From: Heteronotia binoei | Taxonomy: Eukaryota | Assembly (NCBI RefSeq): GCF_032191835.1 | Contig: NC_083223.1 | Span: 12,710,001-12,774,000 of the forward strand | Direction: 5' to 3' | Length of the DNA: 64,000 nucleotides | Shown: piece after piece, positions 37,967 through 48,629 of the stretch | Layout of the letters: every line of letters begins with the position of its first letter | Position numbering within the stretch: the stretch's first letter is position 1 | Notes under the pieces: generated by a model | Database searches by the model: none | What the model was told of the DNA's origin: nothing | What the model saw: the letters and a program-made list of their open reading frames with translations, nothing else | Translations under genes and position numbers: made by a program

Positions 37967-39138
37967 TACTAAAGGAAAGGATTAAGACTTCTGAATGGTT
38001 TTTCTTACGAAGAAAGGCAACTTTGAAAGGTTGCCGTTCTACTGCGGAACACTGGATTAAAAGACTGAATAAGCAATGTATTGTACATTTGCCATATAAT
38101 TTATATTTAAGAACTTTTTATTAAAAGTTTCAAATTTCAGGTTACTGCTGCGATTAATGTAGCAAGGATGCCTGGAAAACAATTCTATATTTTAGTATTT
38201 TTTAGTAATTTGTACTGTATTTTCCTTGCTAATATTGAAATTACAGACCATTTAACTTTTGTGTTCTACTGAGTAAGATGACTTGTTGACTGTGAAAGTG
38301 AATTCTCTTGCTGTGTTGAACAATCAGGACTTTGCATACATTTGAGATCCTTGTAAGTATAAGCACAGCCCAGTCTTACTTTGGGATTTGTGAAAGGTTA
38401 AAACCTGGCAAATTGAGGATATTCAGAAGTGGCTGCAAAATGGATCAAAAATAGAACTCTGGGTATTACTTTAAAATCTATAAGCAGGACTAAAATGTAA
38501 TAATCCAGGGGTGCAAAGTAATGGGCAATGTCAAAATTTAGCTATAAACACGGTTATAAGTAAAATCGATTATATGTTGGAGATTTCAGCAGATGGGAGA
38601 AATCTAAATGATAATATAGAAGCACACACCATCGCCCCAGATGAAAATTGGAGGCTTATTCTTTGATATTTAAATGATTACTTCCGTTCATGAAACACAG
38701 TTACAGGATCTAAGATTTCCTTCAATCCAAAGACTTCCCAACTGCTCTAGAGAAGAATTTGCATCACTGGCAAAGACACCAACTCTATAGTCTTTCCATG
38801 CTGCTACAGCAAATATTACATATATTAGATGTATTTCAACCACAGTAGAGGTTATTGCCCATTACTCTTCCAGTTTTTTGGAATTCCTTAATAAAACAGA
38901 AGGGGGGGGGGAGGACTTGATTTGGCTTTCTGTGACCAAGTTAATGTTTAATACTCAAGACACTTTGTTGCCATAACTATTTTCCCCAAATGAAAACCAA
39001 AGTGCACACGTGTGCCCTTTGGTCAGTCTTGTATGTGCCTTGATCCAAAGTTATACGTGTTCCACATTTAACTGGGAACAAACTTTTCACACACATACAC
39101 TTAATTATGGAAAGATATTGGTCTTAATGCTCAATAAA
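37967..39138 (+). other. FLRT3: FLRT3 3'UTR with candidate poly(A) signals AATAAA at 38890 and 39133
   Basis: AT-rich, repeat-free sequence directly after the stop codon; hexamers present; true 3' end unknown. Confidence 0.6.
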
Positions 39139-40773
39139 ATATAAAACTTAAGTACAGGAAACTAAGTGCTCTTATTCTCAAGTTGTTTTCTTACGTAATC
39201 TGAAGTGTGTTCAAATTCTCTGTTTTGTACGGAGCCCGTCCCAGAACAAGTGTGACAAAGCACAAGCAACAACTGCTTTGTTACTGAATAGAATACTATA
39301 ATATTTAACAGCTATTTTTCTTCTACAGTTGTATTTCAGAACAGAATGGAGGCAGGTGAAATAGTTAAGTATCTGTACATAAGTGAGAATCTAATTTCCC
39401 CCCAAGAATTTTTACATCGGTAAAGAGACAGTTCGCTACACATGCGGGGAAGGTTGATCTAGCACAGGGGGCTGCAACCCTTTTTGCACCTGTGGGCGCA
39501 TTTGGAATTCTGGCGCAGCATGCTGAGCACTGCAACAAAATGGTCGCTACAGGAGGCGGAGCCAGCCATAAAAAGGATTGCTACAGCTTAACTTCAGAAG
39601 CACAGAACAGATCCTTGCACTGTGGTAGCAAGCTGCTACCAAAACAACATTTTTAAAAATCTGCACAACCAATCAAATCTCCAGTGGCCAGCCAGGAGGC
39701 TTCCTGCCCACTCCCTTTTTATTTTTTACAAACTCAGGGGAAGAACAAGTGACAAACAATAAACCAGATAAACTAACGGGGCATCATAAACCAGCGAAAA
39801 ACACTTAACAACAGAGAGGGAGGACAAGTATAATTCTAAAAAAGGCTACAAAATACAGACAGACTTTTCTTTAACCACAGTTTGCATGAAAACAAGATCA
39901 GGTCATATTATTGCTCAATCACTATAAAAGAATGGAATACCAGATTCTTTATTATTTGACACAAAATCTAAAAAGGTAGACAGGATTTTTAAAATGAGGA
40001 ATTAAATAAAGGGTTTTCAGTACTGAGTAATTGGTCTGATTTTTATTATTATTATTATTATTATTATTTTGCATCAAAGAAATCCCAAAGTTTATCAGGC
40101 CTATAGATGAACTGAAGAAAGATCCTTATCTTTCCGTGAGGCTGCTATTAAGGACTTTGCAGCTGCTTAAAAAAAATAAAAAGTTTAAGTCCTTATGTTT
40201 GGAATGCTTTTATCATCCCAGAGGTTTAACACCATCACATTGGGATGGTTAGGCACTTTGTGGTTTAACACCATCACATTGGGATGGTTAGATCACAGAG
40301 AGCCAGTTTGGTGTAGTGGTTAAGTGTGTGGACTCTTATCTGGGAGAACCAGGTTTGATTCCCCACTCCTCCACTTGCACCTGCTGGAATGGCCTTGGGT
40401 CAGCCATAGCTCTGGCAGAGGTTGTCCTTGAAAGGGCAGCTGCTGTGAGAGTCCTCTCAGCCCCACCCACCTCACAGGGTGACTGTTGTGGGGGAGGGAG
40501 ATAAAGGAGATTGTGAGCCACTCTGAGACTCTTGAGTGGAGGGCGGAATATAAATCCAATGTCTTCTTTGCCTTCTGTCTTCTTGTAACCTGTTATATGT
40601 GCTCTATCTGAACCAAGATTTCCCCCCCACCCACCCCCAAAGGATTTGGTCTTGCAGCACTCCCACCAGCAATGAAAACAGGTCTCTCTTTCACCACATT
40701 GTTTCCAACAAAATGGTTGGATTGAGCTGTTGAAGTGGTTTGCTTTAGAAGAGGTCCAGTACCATTCAGTACC

Positions 40774-41146
40774 AGGAGGCGGCTGAGAGGTGATACGATC
40801 ACCATCTTCAAGTACTTGAAGGGCTGTTATCTAGAGGATGGGGTGGAAATGTTTTCTGTGGCTCCAGAAGGTACGACCAGAACCAACGGGTTGAAATTAA
40901 ATCAAAAGAGTTTCCAGCTCAACATCAGGAAGAACTTCCTGACCGTTAGAGAGATTCCTCAGTGGAACAGGCTTTCTCGGGAGGTGGTGGGCTCTCTTTC
41001 CTTGGAGGTTTTTGAACAGAGGCTAGATGGCCATCTGACAGCGATGAAGATCCTGTGAATTTGGGATAGGTATTTGTGGGTTTCCTGCATTGTGCAGGGG
41101 TTTGGATTAGATGACCCTAGAGGTCCCTTCCAACTCTATGATTCTA
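40774..41146 (+). mobile_element. CR1 LINE 3' fragment
   Basis: RRRLRGDTITIFKYLKG...RKNFLTVREIPQWNRL; tail ccttccaactctatgattct. Confidence 0.9.
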
Positions 41147-41969
41147 TTCATCTCATTAATTTAAAAGAGAAGTTTAATATTCTGAGATTTTGTTACCAAG
41201 GCTTTAGATTTTCATACAGCCTCCCACAAATTCAGATACGACTAGTAGAACACCCTCTTGCCATTTCAATTGGCAATATGGGAGTGGTGATTCCTTATCG
41301 ATTTGGAGGTTAGGCCTTTGCAAATACAAAGGAGAGAGCCAGTTTGGTGTAGTGGTTAAGCATGCGGACTCTAATCTGGGAGAACTGTGTTAATTCCCCA
41401 CTCCTCCAGCTGCATATGCCGGTATGAGCTTGGGTGAGTCATAAATGCTCAGAGCTGTTCCACTCAAGAGCAGTTTCCATCAGAGCTCTCTCAGCCCTAC
41501 CTACCTCACAGGGTGGGGAGAAGGGAAAGGAGACTAAGCTGCTCTGAGACTCCTGAGTAAAGAGCATGGTATAATTCCAATTTCTTCTACAATGGTTGCT
41601 TTTAATAAGTCGTTTGAAAGGTGTGAGCTCTCTGGCTGTATTTTCCTTTTGGTGCTGAATGTCAAGATATTGGGACCATGGAAGTTTAAATGTGAAATCT
41701 TCCTCTAATTGTACCTTATTCTGCCCACTTTCTTAAAACACTTGGGTCCCAGGAAACATGCCAAGGAGTGCCTTGGCACCCACAGGCATGACATTGGAGG
41801 AGCACCTGATCTAGCAGATCCCTTACGAAACTAGCTGGAGTCACAGAAGCTACAGCAGCAGTGGTTTGGAAATGCATGTTTTAGGGCATGACAGGGCTGA
41901 ATTTTCAGAGGATCAGTCCCATCCACACAGACTGGGTAGTCTAGTAGTTTAGTGCTACAAAATATAGGG

Positions 41970-42529
41970 CAGGGGTGTCAAATATGTGGCCTGGGAGCCA
42001 AATCAGGCCCCCGGAGGGCTCCTATCAGACCCCCCCAAGCAACTGGCTGTCATATGCTTCCTTCTCCCGTCTTGCTTTCTTCTGCATCACAGCTTCCTTT
42101 TGCCAGGCTTGCTCATTCGCACAGGAGCTACAGAGCAAAACCTCTGTTTTCTCCATTGGCTGAGGCTCCTCCCTTGGGAAGGAAGGAGGGAGAGCTTGCT
42201 TTGCCAGGCTCTCTCAATCACAGAGCTGAGCCAAGCCTCTCTTCCTTCTGTTGTCTGAGGCTCATCCCCCTCCTGTTCCTCTGGGCAAGGAAGGAAAGAG
42301 CCCATGGGAGAAATACAAAGAAAGCACCTTTAAGACCAGCAAGTGCTAATGTTTTAAGCATGTTTTAAAGGGTTTTTTAAAAAAAAATCTTTAATTGCGT
42401 TTGTTTGTGTCCTTTATAAAGTTTATATCTCTGCTACCTAATCTTCAACGGGTACACACATAGCCCAGCCCAACAAGGTCTCATTTATGTCAGATCCGGC
42501 CCTCATAACAAATGAGTTCGACACCCCTG
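41970..42529. mobile_element. hAT-type MITE with CAGGGGTGTCAAA / TTCGACACCCCTG ends
   Basis: TIRs visible; TSD only partly matching (tatagg). Confidence 0.75.
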
Positions 42530-43785
42530 TTTATAGGGGGTCCATCTGTTTTCATATACACGTGAGCTATGTTGCCTTTAAACCGTTATCTCAGTATGTG
42601 CGCCACTTGCCGTGGATGCTGATACAAAGGCATACTGCTGTGTTGCTCTTTTTCACTGATGCGTTCATAACAAACTTCGATGCGCCTCAGATTCCAGCAT
42701 GGTTCTACAGCATGTCGCACAAGTCACCGCACGCTCCCAGCAAGCACTAAAAGAGCAGGCAGCCGAAAGGGTCTGTCAGCGTCTTTCAATATTCATTGCG
42801 GGACCGCCTTGCAAGCCGACACGGAGTCACAGCTAGAGGAAATGGCGGCTGCTGCAGCAACTGGCCACATACATAAGCATAAAGCCACGTCTCCACCCAG
42901 CTGCCCCCTCTTCAATATTCCTAAAAGAGCAGGGAAAAGAGAAAGAGCACGAGATACAGAATTCTAGAGTCAGGAAGGGCCATACAAGCCATCTAGTCCA
43001 ACCCCCTGCTCAATGCAGGATCAGCCTACAGCAGGGGTGGCCAAACTGTGGCTCGGGAGCCACATGTGGCTCTTTCACGCAGCTTGTGTGGCTCTCAAAG
43101 GCCCCGCCGCCCCATCAGCCAGCTTGGAGAAGGCAGCTCTCTTTTTAAATCACTTCTCCAAGCAAGCCAGACTGTGTGGCTTGGAGAATGCATTTAAAGT
43201 TGCTTTCTTTCCACTTCTTTCTTCTTCCCCCCTCTCCCATCTACCTACCTTCCTCCCTCCCTCCCTTCTTCCCTGTCTTGCGGCTCTCAAACATCTGAAG
43301 TCTATTCTGTGTGGCTCTTATGTTAAGCAACTTTGGCCATGCCTGGCCTAGAGCATCCAGCCGCTGCTTAAAGACTGAAGAAGAAGAATTGCAGATTTAT
43401 ACCCCGCCCTTCTCTCTGAATCAGAGACTCAGAGCGGCTCACAATCTCCTATATCTTCTCCCCCCACAACAGACACCCTGTGAGGTAGGTGGGGCTGAGA
43501 CGGCTCTCACAGCAGCTGCCCTTTCAAGGACAACTCTGCCAGAGCTATGGCTGACCCAAGACCATTCCAGCAGCTGTAAGTGGAGGAGTGGGGAATCAAA
43601 CCCGGTTCTCCCAGATAAGTGTCCGCACACTTAACTACAGTGAGGGGGAGCTCACCACCTCCCTTAGTAGCTGATGCCACTGCTGAACAACTCTTGCTGT
43701 AAGAACGTTTACCCTTATATCCAGTTGAGACCTTCCCACCTTTAATTTAAACCCATTATTACAAGTCCTCTCCTCTGTTGCCAAC

Positions 43786-44347
43786 AGGTTAAAGGGTCGG
43801 AACACTTCCCCTATGAAGAAAGGTTAAAATGCTTGGGGCTCTAGCTTGGAGAAACATCAAATGAGGGATGACATGACAGAGGTTTACAAGATTATGCACG
43901 GGATGGAGAAGGTTGAGAAAGAAGGACTTTTCTCCCTTTCTCACAATACGAGAACTCGTGGACATTCAATAAAATTGCTGAGCAGTCGGGTTAGAACGGA
44001 TACAAGGAAGTCCTTCACCCAAAGGGTGATTAACACGTGGTATAAACTGCCACAGGAGGTGGTGGCGGCTACAAGCATAAACAGCTTCAAGAGGGGATTG
44101 AATAAACATGGAGCAGAGGTCCATCGGTGGCTATTAGCCACAGTGTATTATTGGAACTCTCTGTCTGGGGCAAGTGATGTTCCGTATTCTTGGTGCTTGG
44201 GAAGGGCAACAGTGGGAGGGCTTTTAGTGTCCTAGCCCCACTGATGGGCCTCCTGATGGCCCCTGGGTTTTTTGGCCACTGTGTGACACAGAGTGTCAGA
44301 CTGGTTGGGCCATTGGCCTGATCCAACATGGCTTCTCTTATGTTCTA
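43786..44347 (+). mobile_element. CR1 LINE 3' fragment of a second subfamily
   Basis: MTEVYKIMHGMEKVEKE...TQRVINTWYKLP; tail gcttctcttatgttct. Tail-only relatives lie at 35323-35490(-), 61760-62200(-) and 63060-63610(-). Confidence 0.85.
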
Positions 44348-44425
44348 ACAGGAACAGCTCCCTGCCCTTCTCTTAAGTGGCAGGCCTTCCAATATAGAGA
44401 GCACTCATATATTTTGATGTTTCAT

Positions 44426-44595
44426 GTTTCCCTCAGGACTGACTGATCTGATCTTCTTGCAGTCCAAGGGACTCTCAAGATTCTTCTCCAGCACCACAGC
44501 TCAAAAGCATCTATTCTTCTGCGCTTGGCCTTCCTTATGGTCCAACTCTCACAGCTATACATTACTACTGGGAATACCATCACTTTGACTATATG
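44426..44595 (-). mobile_element. BovB/RTE LINE fragment
   Basis: gcagtccaagggactctcaaga..ttctccagcaccacagctcaaaagcat...ggtccaactctcaca...actttgact matches recalled BovB sequence. Confidence 0.75.
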
Positions 44596-44712
44596 CATAG
44601 TCCGCTACCTTAATAAACGAGCCAGTGTTGAGTGAGAACCAGTGAAGGGTAGTGATTATAGTGTCTGACAGGGATATCAGAGAGCCAAGGTCGAATCCCC
44701 AGTCTGCTTTGG

Positions 44713-45224
44713 CAGCGGTCCCCAACCTTTTTGGCAGCAGGGACTGGTTTTGTGGAAGACAATTTTTCTACGGACCAGGGTACGTGTATGTGTGTGTGAT
44801 GGTTTTCGGATGGTATAATTGTGCACTTTATTTCTATTAGTTTGGTGTAGCGGTTAAGTGCGCGGACTCTTATCTGGGAGAACCGGGTTTGATTCCCCGC
44901 TCCTCCACTTACAGCTGCTGGAATGGCCTTGGGTCAGCCATAGCTCTGGCAGAGGTTGTCCTTGAAAGGGCAGCTTCTGGGGAGAGCTTTCTCAGCCCCA
45001 CCCACCTCACAGGGTGTCTCTTGCAGGGGGAGGAAGGTAAAGGAGATTGTGAGCTGCTCTGAGACTGAAATTCGGAGTGAAGGGCAGGATATAAATCCAA
45101 TGTTATCTTATTATTATTATTACTGCATTGTAATATATAATGAAATAATTATACAACTGAAGGCCTGGTTGCTAACAGGCCATGGACTGGTACTGGTCCA
45201 CGGACCCGAGGTTAGGGACCCCTG
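44713..45224 (-). mobile_element. Non-autonomous hAT (Charlie group) element resembling MER1A/B, interrupted by a SINE
   Basis: Ends CAGCGGTCCCCAACC and GGGACCCCTG; degenerate 8-bp TSD tgctttgg / tgctatga; terminal and internal AT-rich sequence match recalled MER1 consensus. Confidence 0.75.
44839..45110 (+). mobile_element. Squam3-like SINE inserted in the hAT element
   Basis: tttggtgtagcggttaag...gggtttgattcccc...gatataaatccaat, same family as many other copies in the window. Confidence 0.85.
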
Positions 45225-45301
45225 TGCTATGAGAAGCTGTCTGGGTGATCTTGGGCCAGTCACACGCTCTCAGCCTGTTGTGAGGATAAAATGGAGGAGA
45301 A

Positions 45302-45690
45302 AAACAGGTTGCTTACCTGTAACTGATGATCTTCGAGTGGTCATCTGTGCAGTCACACACATGGGTCTTGCCGCAGGCAATGAATCCATTCCTCGGAGTT
45401 CCAATAGCTCGCCTATAGCGCTTTTGGCGCGCTCCCCTCCCGCCCTGGGGAGCAGGCAGCGACAGCGCATGCCTGGAGCGGGGGGGGGGAGCGCCCATTC
45501 CACTCAGTTTCTTCCAGCCGCCGCTGACATAAACACAGTACAGAGTTAGATAACCATCACAGGAAGCCAGCAGCGGGGAAGGCTGGGTGGGCGTGTGTGA
45601 CTGCACAGATGACCACTCGAAGATCATCAGTTACAGGTAAGCAACCTGTTTATCTTCTTCGTGGTCTCTGTGCAGTCCCACACATGGGTG
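45302..45690 (-). repeat. DIRS right ITR with terminal extension plus internal complementary region (ICR)
   Basis: 45302-45360 is the exact reverse complement of 45593-45651; 45652-45688 is a diverged direct copy of about 45330-45365. Confidence 0.85.
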
Positions 45691-45806
45691 ACTAGCCAGC
45701 TGAGTAACCTGGAGGAGGGTGCTGGTAAAAGAAGATAGTTAGTCACATAAGAAAACAGATCATAGTCGAAGACCTAGAAGCAGAAGCCAAAAACACTCAC
45801 CATACT

Positions 45807-48629
45807 TCAGTGGAAGATGGATCGGAGGACTGCTTGGCCGAAGGAGGCGTCTCGTCTCGCACGAACGTCCAAAGCATAATGGGAGACGAACGTGGAAGGA
45901 GAGGACCACGATGCAGCCGCACAGATGTCCTCTAGAGAGACGCCCTGTAGAAAGGCCGAAGACGTCGAGACCGCTCTAGTAGAGTGGGCCTTAAGGCCTT
46001 CGGGAGGAGGCTGTTTAGCCAGTTCGTAACACAACCTGATGGCACTAACTACCCATTTAGAAAGTCTCTGGGTAGAGATTTTGTGTCCTTTGCGTGGTTT
46101 GCCGTAGGCCACAAACAGGTTAGGGTCCTTACGGAAAGGTTGTGTGCGATCCAGATAGAAGGCTAACGCCCTTCTGACGTCCAGTGAATGCAGCGATCGC
46201 TGTCCCTGGTCGGATGGGTTGGGGAAAAACGTTGGTAGCGAAGTGGAAGTAGATAGATGAAACTTGGAGACAACTTTAGGGAGGAATGTAGGATCTGGTC
46301 GTAAGACCACCTTGTCCCTATGAAAGATGGTGTAGGGAGGGTCAAATCGGAAGGCACATAAGTCACTTGCCCGCTTACCAGAGGTAAGGGCTATTAGCAA
46401 TGCTGTCTTCCAGGAAAGAAGATTGAGCTGTATTGTCGCCATGGGTTCAAAGGGTGCCTTCATGAGACAGGAAAGAACAAGGGATAAACTCCACGTTGGG
46501 ACGAACGGTTTAACAGGTGGATGCAGGTGCAGCATTCCCTTAAGGAAGGATTTAGATAAGGGGTGAGAGAAGACCGTCCTGCCATCGATAGTGTCATGGA
46601 ATGCCGAGATGGCGGAGAGGTGTACTTTAAGTGAAGAGTAGCAGAGGCCTGATTTCTGCAGGGATAAGAGATAATCTAGGATCAGGTTTAGAGGTGTTAC
46701 TTCAGGTGTTAGGTGATAGGGTGCAACGAAGGAACAAAAGCGCTTCCATTTGCGTTGGTACGAAAGTCTGGTGGAAGGCTTCCTTGCGTTGAGAAGGATA
46801 TTGGTCACTTCTGTGGAGAAGCAGGCGAGTGTATTCTCCAAGCAGTGAGGGCCAGAACCCGAGGGTTGTGATGAAGTACCTGGCCGTTCGCCTGCGATAG
46901 GAGGTCTCCCACGACCGGGAGGCGTCGGTAAGTGTGTTGTGACATTTGCAGCAGTCTGGTGAACCATGGTTGCCGTGGCCACCACGGTGCGATAAGGATG
47001 CAGTCCGTGCCATCCCGTGCGACCTTTGTCAAAACTCGTGTCAGTAGGGGGGTTGGCGGAAAAATGTAGTGGAGGGGACCCCTCCAGAGATGTAGGAAGG
47101 CATCGTTGCCCTTCCTGCAGTAGAAGCGACGACATTTGGCATTGTCCCTGGAGGCAAAGACGTCCACCTTGGGAGTACCGAAGCAGGTGAAGATCCGACG
47201 AAGGTATGTCAGATTGATGGACCATTCGTGGTCGTCTATGCGTAGCCTGCTTAGTGAGTCGGCCAGCACATTCTCCACACCTGGGAGGTGGATGGCGGTC
47301 ATGTGGATGTTGTGTTTGATACACCATTCCCAGAGCAGTATGGCTATGCGGCACAGTCGAAGAGATCTGGTGCCTCCCTGCTTGTTCACATAGAAGACTG
47401 TTGCCATATTGTCTGTGGAGATCTGGATATGGCGACCCCCGATGAGCGGGAGGAAGGATTGGAGAGCTCTGTGTACCGCAATTAGTTCTAAGCAGTTTAT
47501 GTGGAGGGTCCTCTCCTGAGGAGTCCAGAGACCTCTGACAGTCTTGCCTTCTAAGTGGGCTCCCCATCCCCACATGGAGGCGTCTGTTGTCACGGTAGCC
47601 GTTGGAGTAGTTGGTAGGAACGGCATGCCCTCGAGGAGGTTCTCGAGGATGGTCCACCAGGTGAGAGAGGGAAGGACTCTCTCGGGGACGGTGAGCAGGG
47701 TGCTCTGAGGTTGCACATGAGGACGGTAGGCACGTACGAACCAGAGCTGAAGTGGTCTCATTCGTAGTCTGGCGAAGAGAACTGCTGTAGTAGCGGCCAT
47801 CAGACCCAGAAGGCGTTGAATAGTTAGGGCCGATTGGATGGGATGTAGCTGGACCAGCCTGGCAAGGCTGATGATTGTCATAGCACGGTCTTCTGGGAGG
47901 AAGGCACGGTGTATAGAGGTGCGGAGATGGGCCCCTATGAAGTTGAGATGTTGAGTGGGGGTGAAGTGAGATTTGGTGACATTCACCCTCAGGCCTAGAG
48001 ACGCCAGGAGGAGAAGGGCTGCGTGGAGATTGGCCTCGAGCTGATCTGGAGTTGGTGCAATGAGGAGCCAATCGTCTATGTAAGGGAAGACTGTGATGTT
48101 GCGGAGTCGAAGAGCAGCTGCCACCACCGCCATGCACTTTGTAAACACCCTGGGTGCTGTGGAAAGGCCGAATGGTAGGGAGACGTACTGAAAATGATGT
48201 TGGCCCATCGCAAAGCGGAGATATCTGCGATGCTGAGGTCGGATAGTCACATGGAAGTAAGCGTCCTGAAGATCTAGGGAAGCCATCCAGGAATTCTTTG
48301 GAATGAGGGGCAAGATGGACTGCAGCGAGATCATTCTGAATTTCCTGTACTCGATGAATTTGTTCAGCTTCCGAAGATCTAGAATAGGACGCTTGCCTCC
48401 ATCCCTCTTGGGGACCAGGAAGTATCTTGAGTAGAACCCCGTTCCCCGATGTTGGGGGGGAACAGGTTCTATGGCTTTTTTCTGGAGCAAGTCCAGAATC
48501 TCCTGATGGAGGTGATGGGATGGGGGGGTAGCGACAAAGAAGTGGTGGCGAGGTAGCGAAGCGAACTCTATTGCGTACCCCAGGCGTACGATGGTGAGTA
48601 CCCAGGAGTCGGTTGTAATTGAACTCCAA
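45807..48629 (-). CDS. DIRS tyrosine recombinase ORF (domain in about 45807-46830, long upstream frame overlapping RT)
   Basis: VHLSAISAFH N-domain; catalytic SGKRAS (R), AHSTR (HxxR), AASW and SHY (Y); the listed start at 48629 is TTG. Confidence 0.9.
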   Translation of the reverse strand: MEFNYNRLLGTHHRTPGVRNRVRFATSPPLLCRYPPIPSPPSGDSGLAPEKSHRTCSPPTSGNGVLLKILPGPQEGWRQASYSRSSEAEQIHRVQEIQNDLAAVHLAPHSKEFLDGFPRSSGRLLPCDYPTSASQISPLCDGPTSFSVRLPTIRPFHSTQGVYKVHGGGGSCSSTPQHHSLPLHRRLAPHCTNSRSARGQSPRSPSPPGVSRPEGECHQISLHPHSTSQLHRGPSPHLYTPCLPPRRPCYDNHQPCQAGPATSHPIGPNYSTPSGSDGRYYSSSLRQTTNETTSALVRTCLPSSCATSEHPAHRPRESPSLSHLVDHPREPPRGHAVPTNYSNGYRDNRRLHVGMGSPLRRQDCQRSLDSSGEDPPHKLLRTNCGTQSSPILPPAHRGSPYPDLHRQYGNSLLCEQAGRHQISSTVPHSHTALGMVYQTQHPHDRHPPPRCGECAGRLTKQATHRRPRMVHQSDIPSSDLHLLRYSQGGRLCLQGQCQMSSLLLQEGQRCLPTSLEGSPPLHFSANPPTDTSFDKGRTGWHGLHPYRTVVATATMVHQTAANVTTHLPTPPGRGRPPIAGERPGTSSQPSGSGPHCLENTLACFSTEVTNILLNARKPSTRLSYQRKWKRFCSFVAPYHLTPEVTPLNLILDYLLSLQKSGLCYSSLKVHLSAISAFHDTIDGRTVFSHPLSKSFLKGMLHLHPPVKPFVPTWSLSLVLSCLMKAPFEPMATIQLNLLSWKTALLIALTSGKRASDLCAFRFDPPYTIFHRDKVVLRPDPTFLPKVVSKFHLSTSTSLPTFFPNPSDQGQRSLHSLDVRRALAFYLDRTQPFRKDPNLFVAYGKPRKGHKISTQRLSKWVVSAIRLCYELAKQPPPEGLKAHSTRAVSTSSAFLQGVSLEDICAAASWSSPSTFVSHYALDVRARRDASFGQAVLRSIFH

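Larger units (their letters stand above)
44634..45301 (+). mobile_element. tRNA-derived CORE-type SINE (halves 44634-44712 and 45225-45301), split by the hAT element and ending at the DIRS terminus
   Basis: Aligns by eye with the related copy at 9946-10155 (ggttcgaatcccca...gccatggaag...ttgggcca...atggaggaga). Confidence 0.7.

Noticed and set aside
40223-40291. 29-bp direct repeat (tttaacaccatcacattgggatggttag) next to a SINE
   Set aside because: Simple local 40-bp-period duplication with no evidence of function
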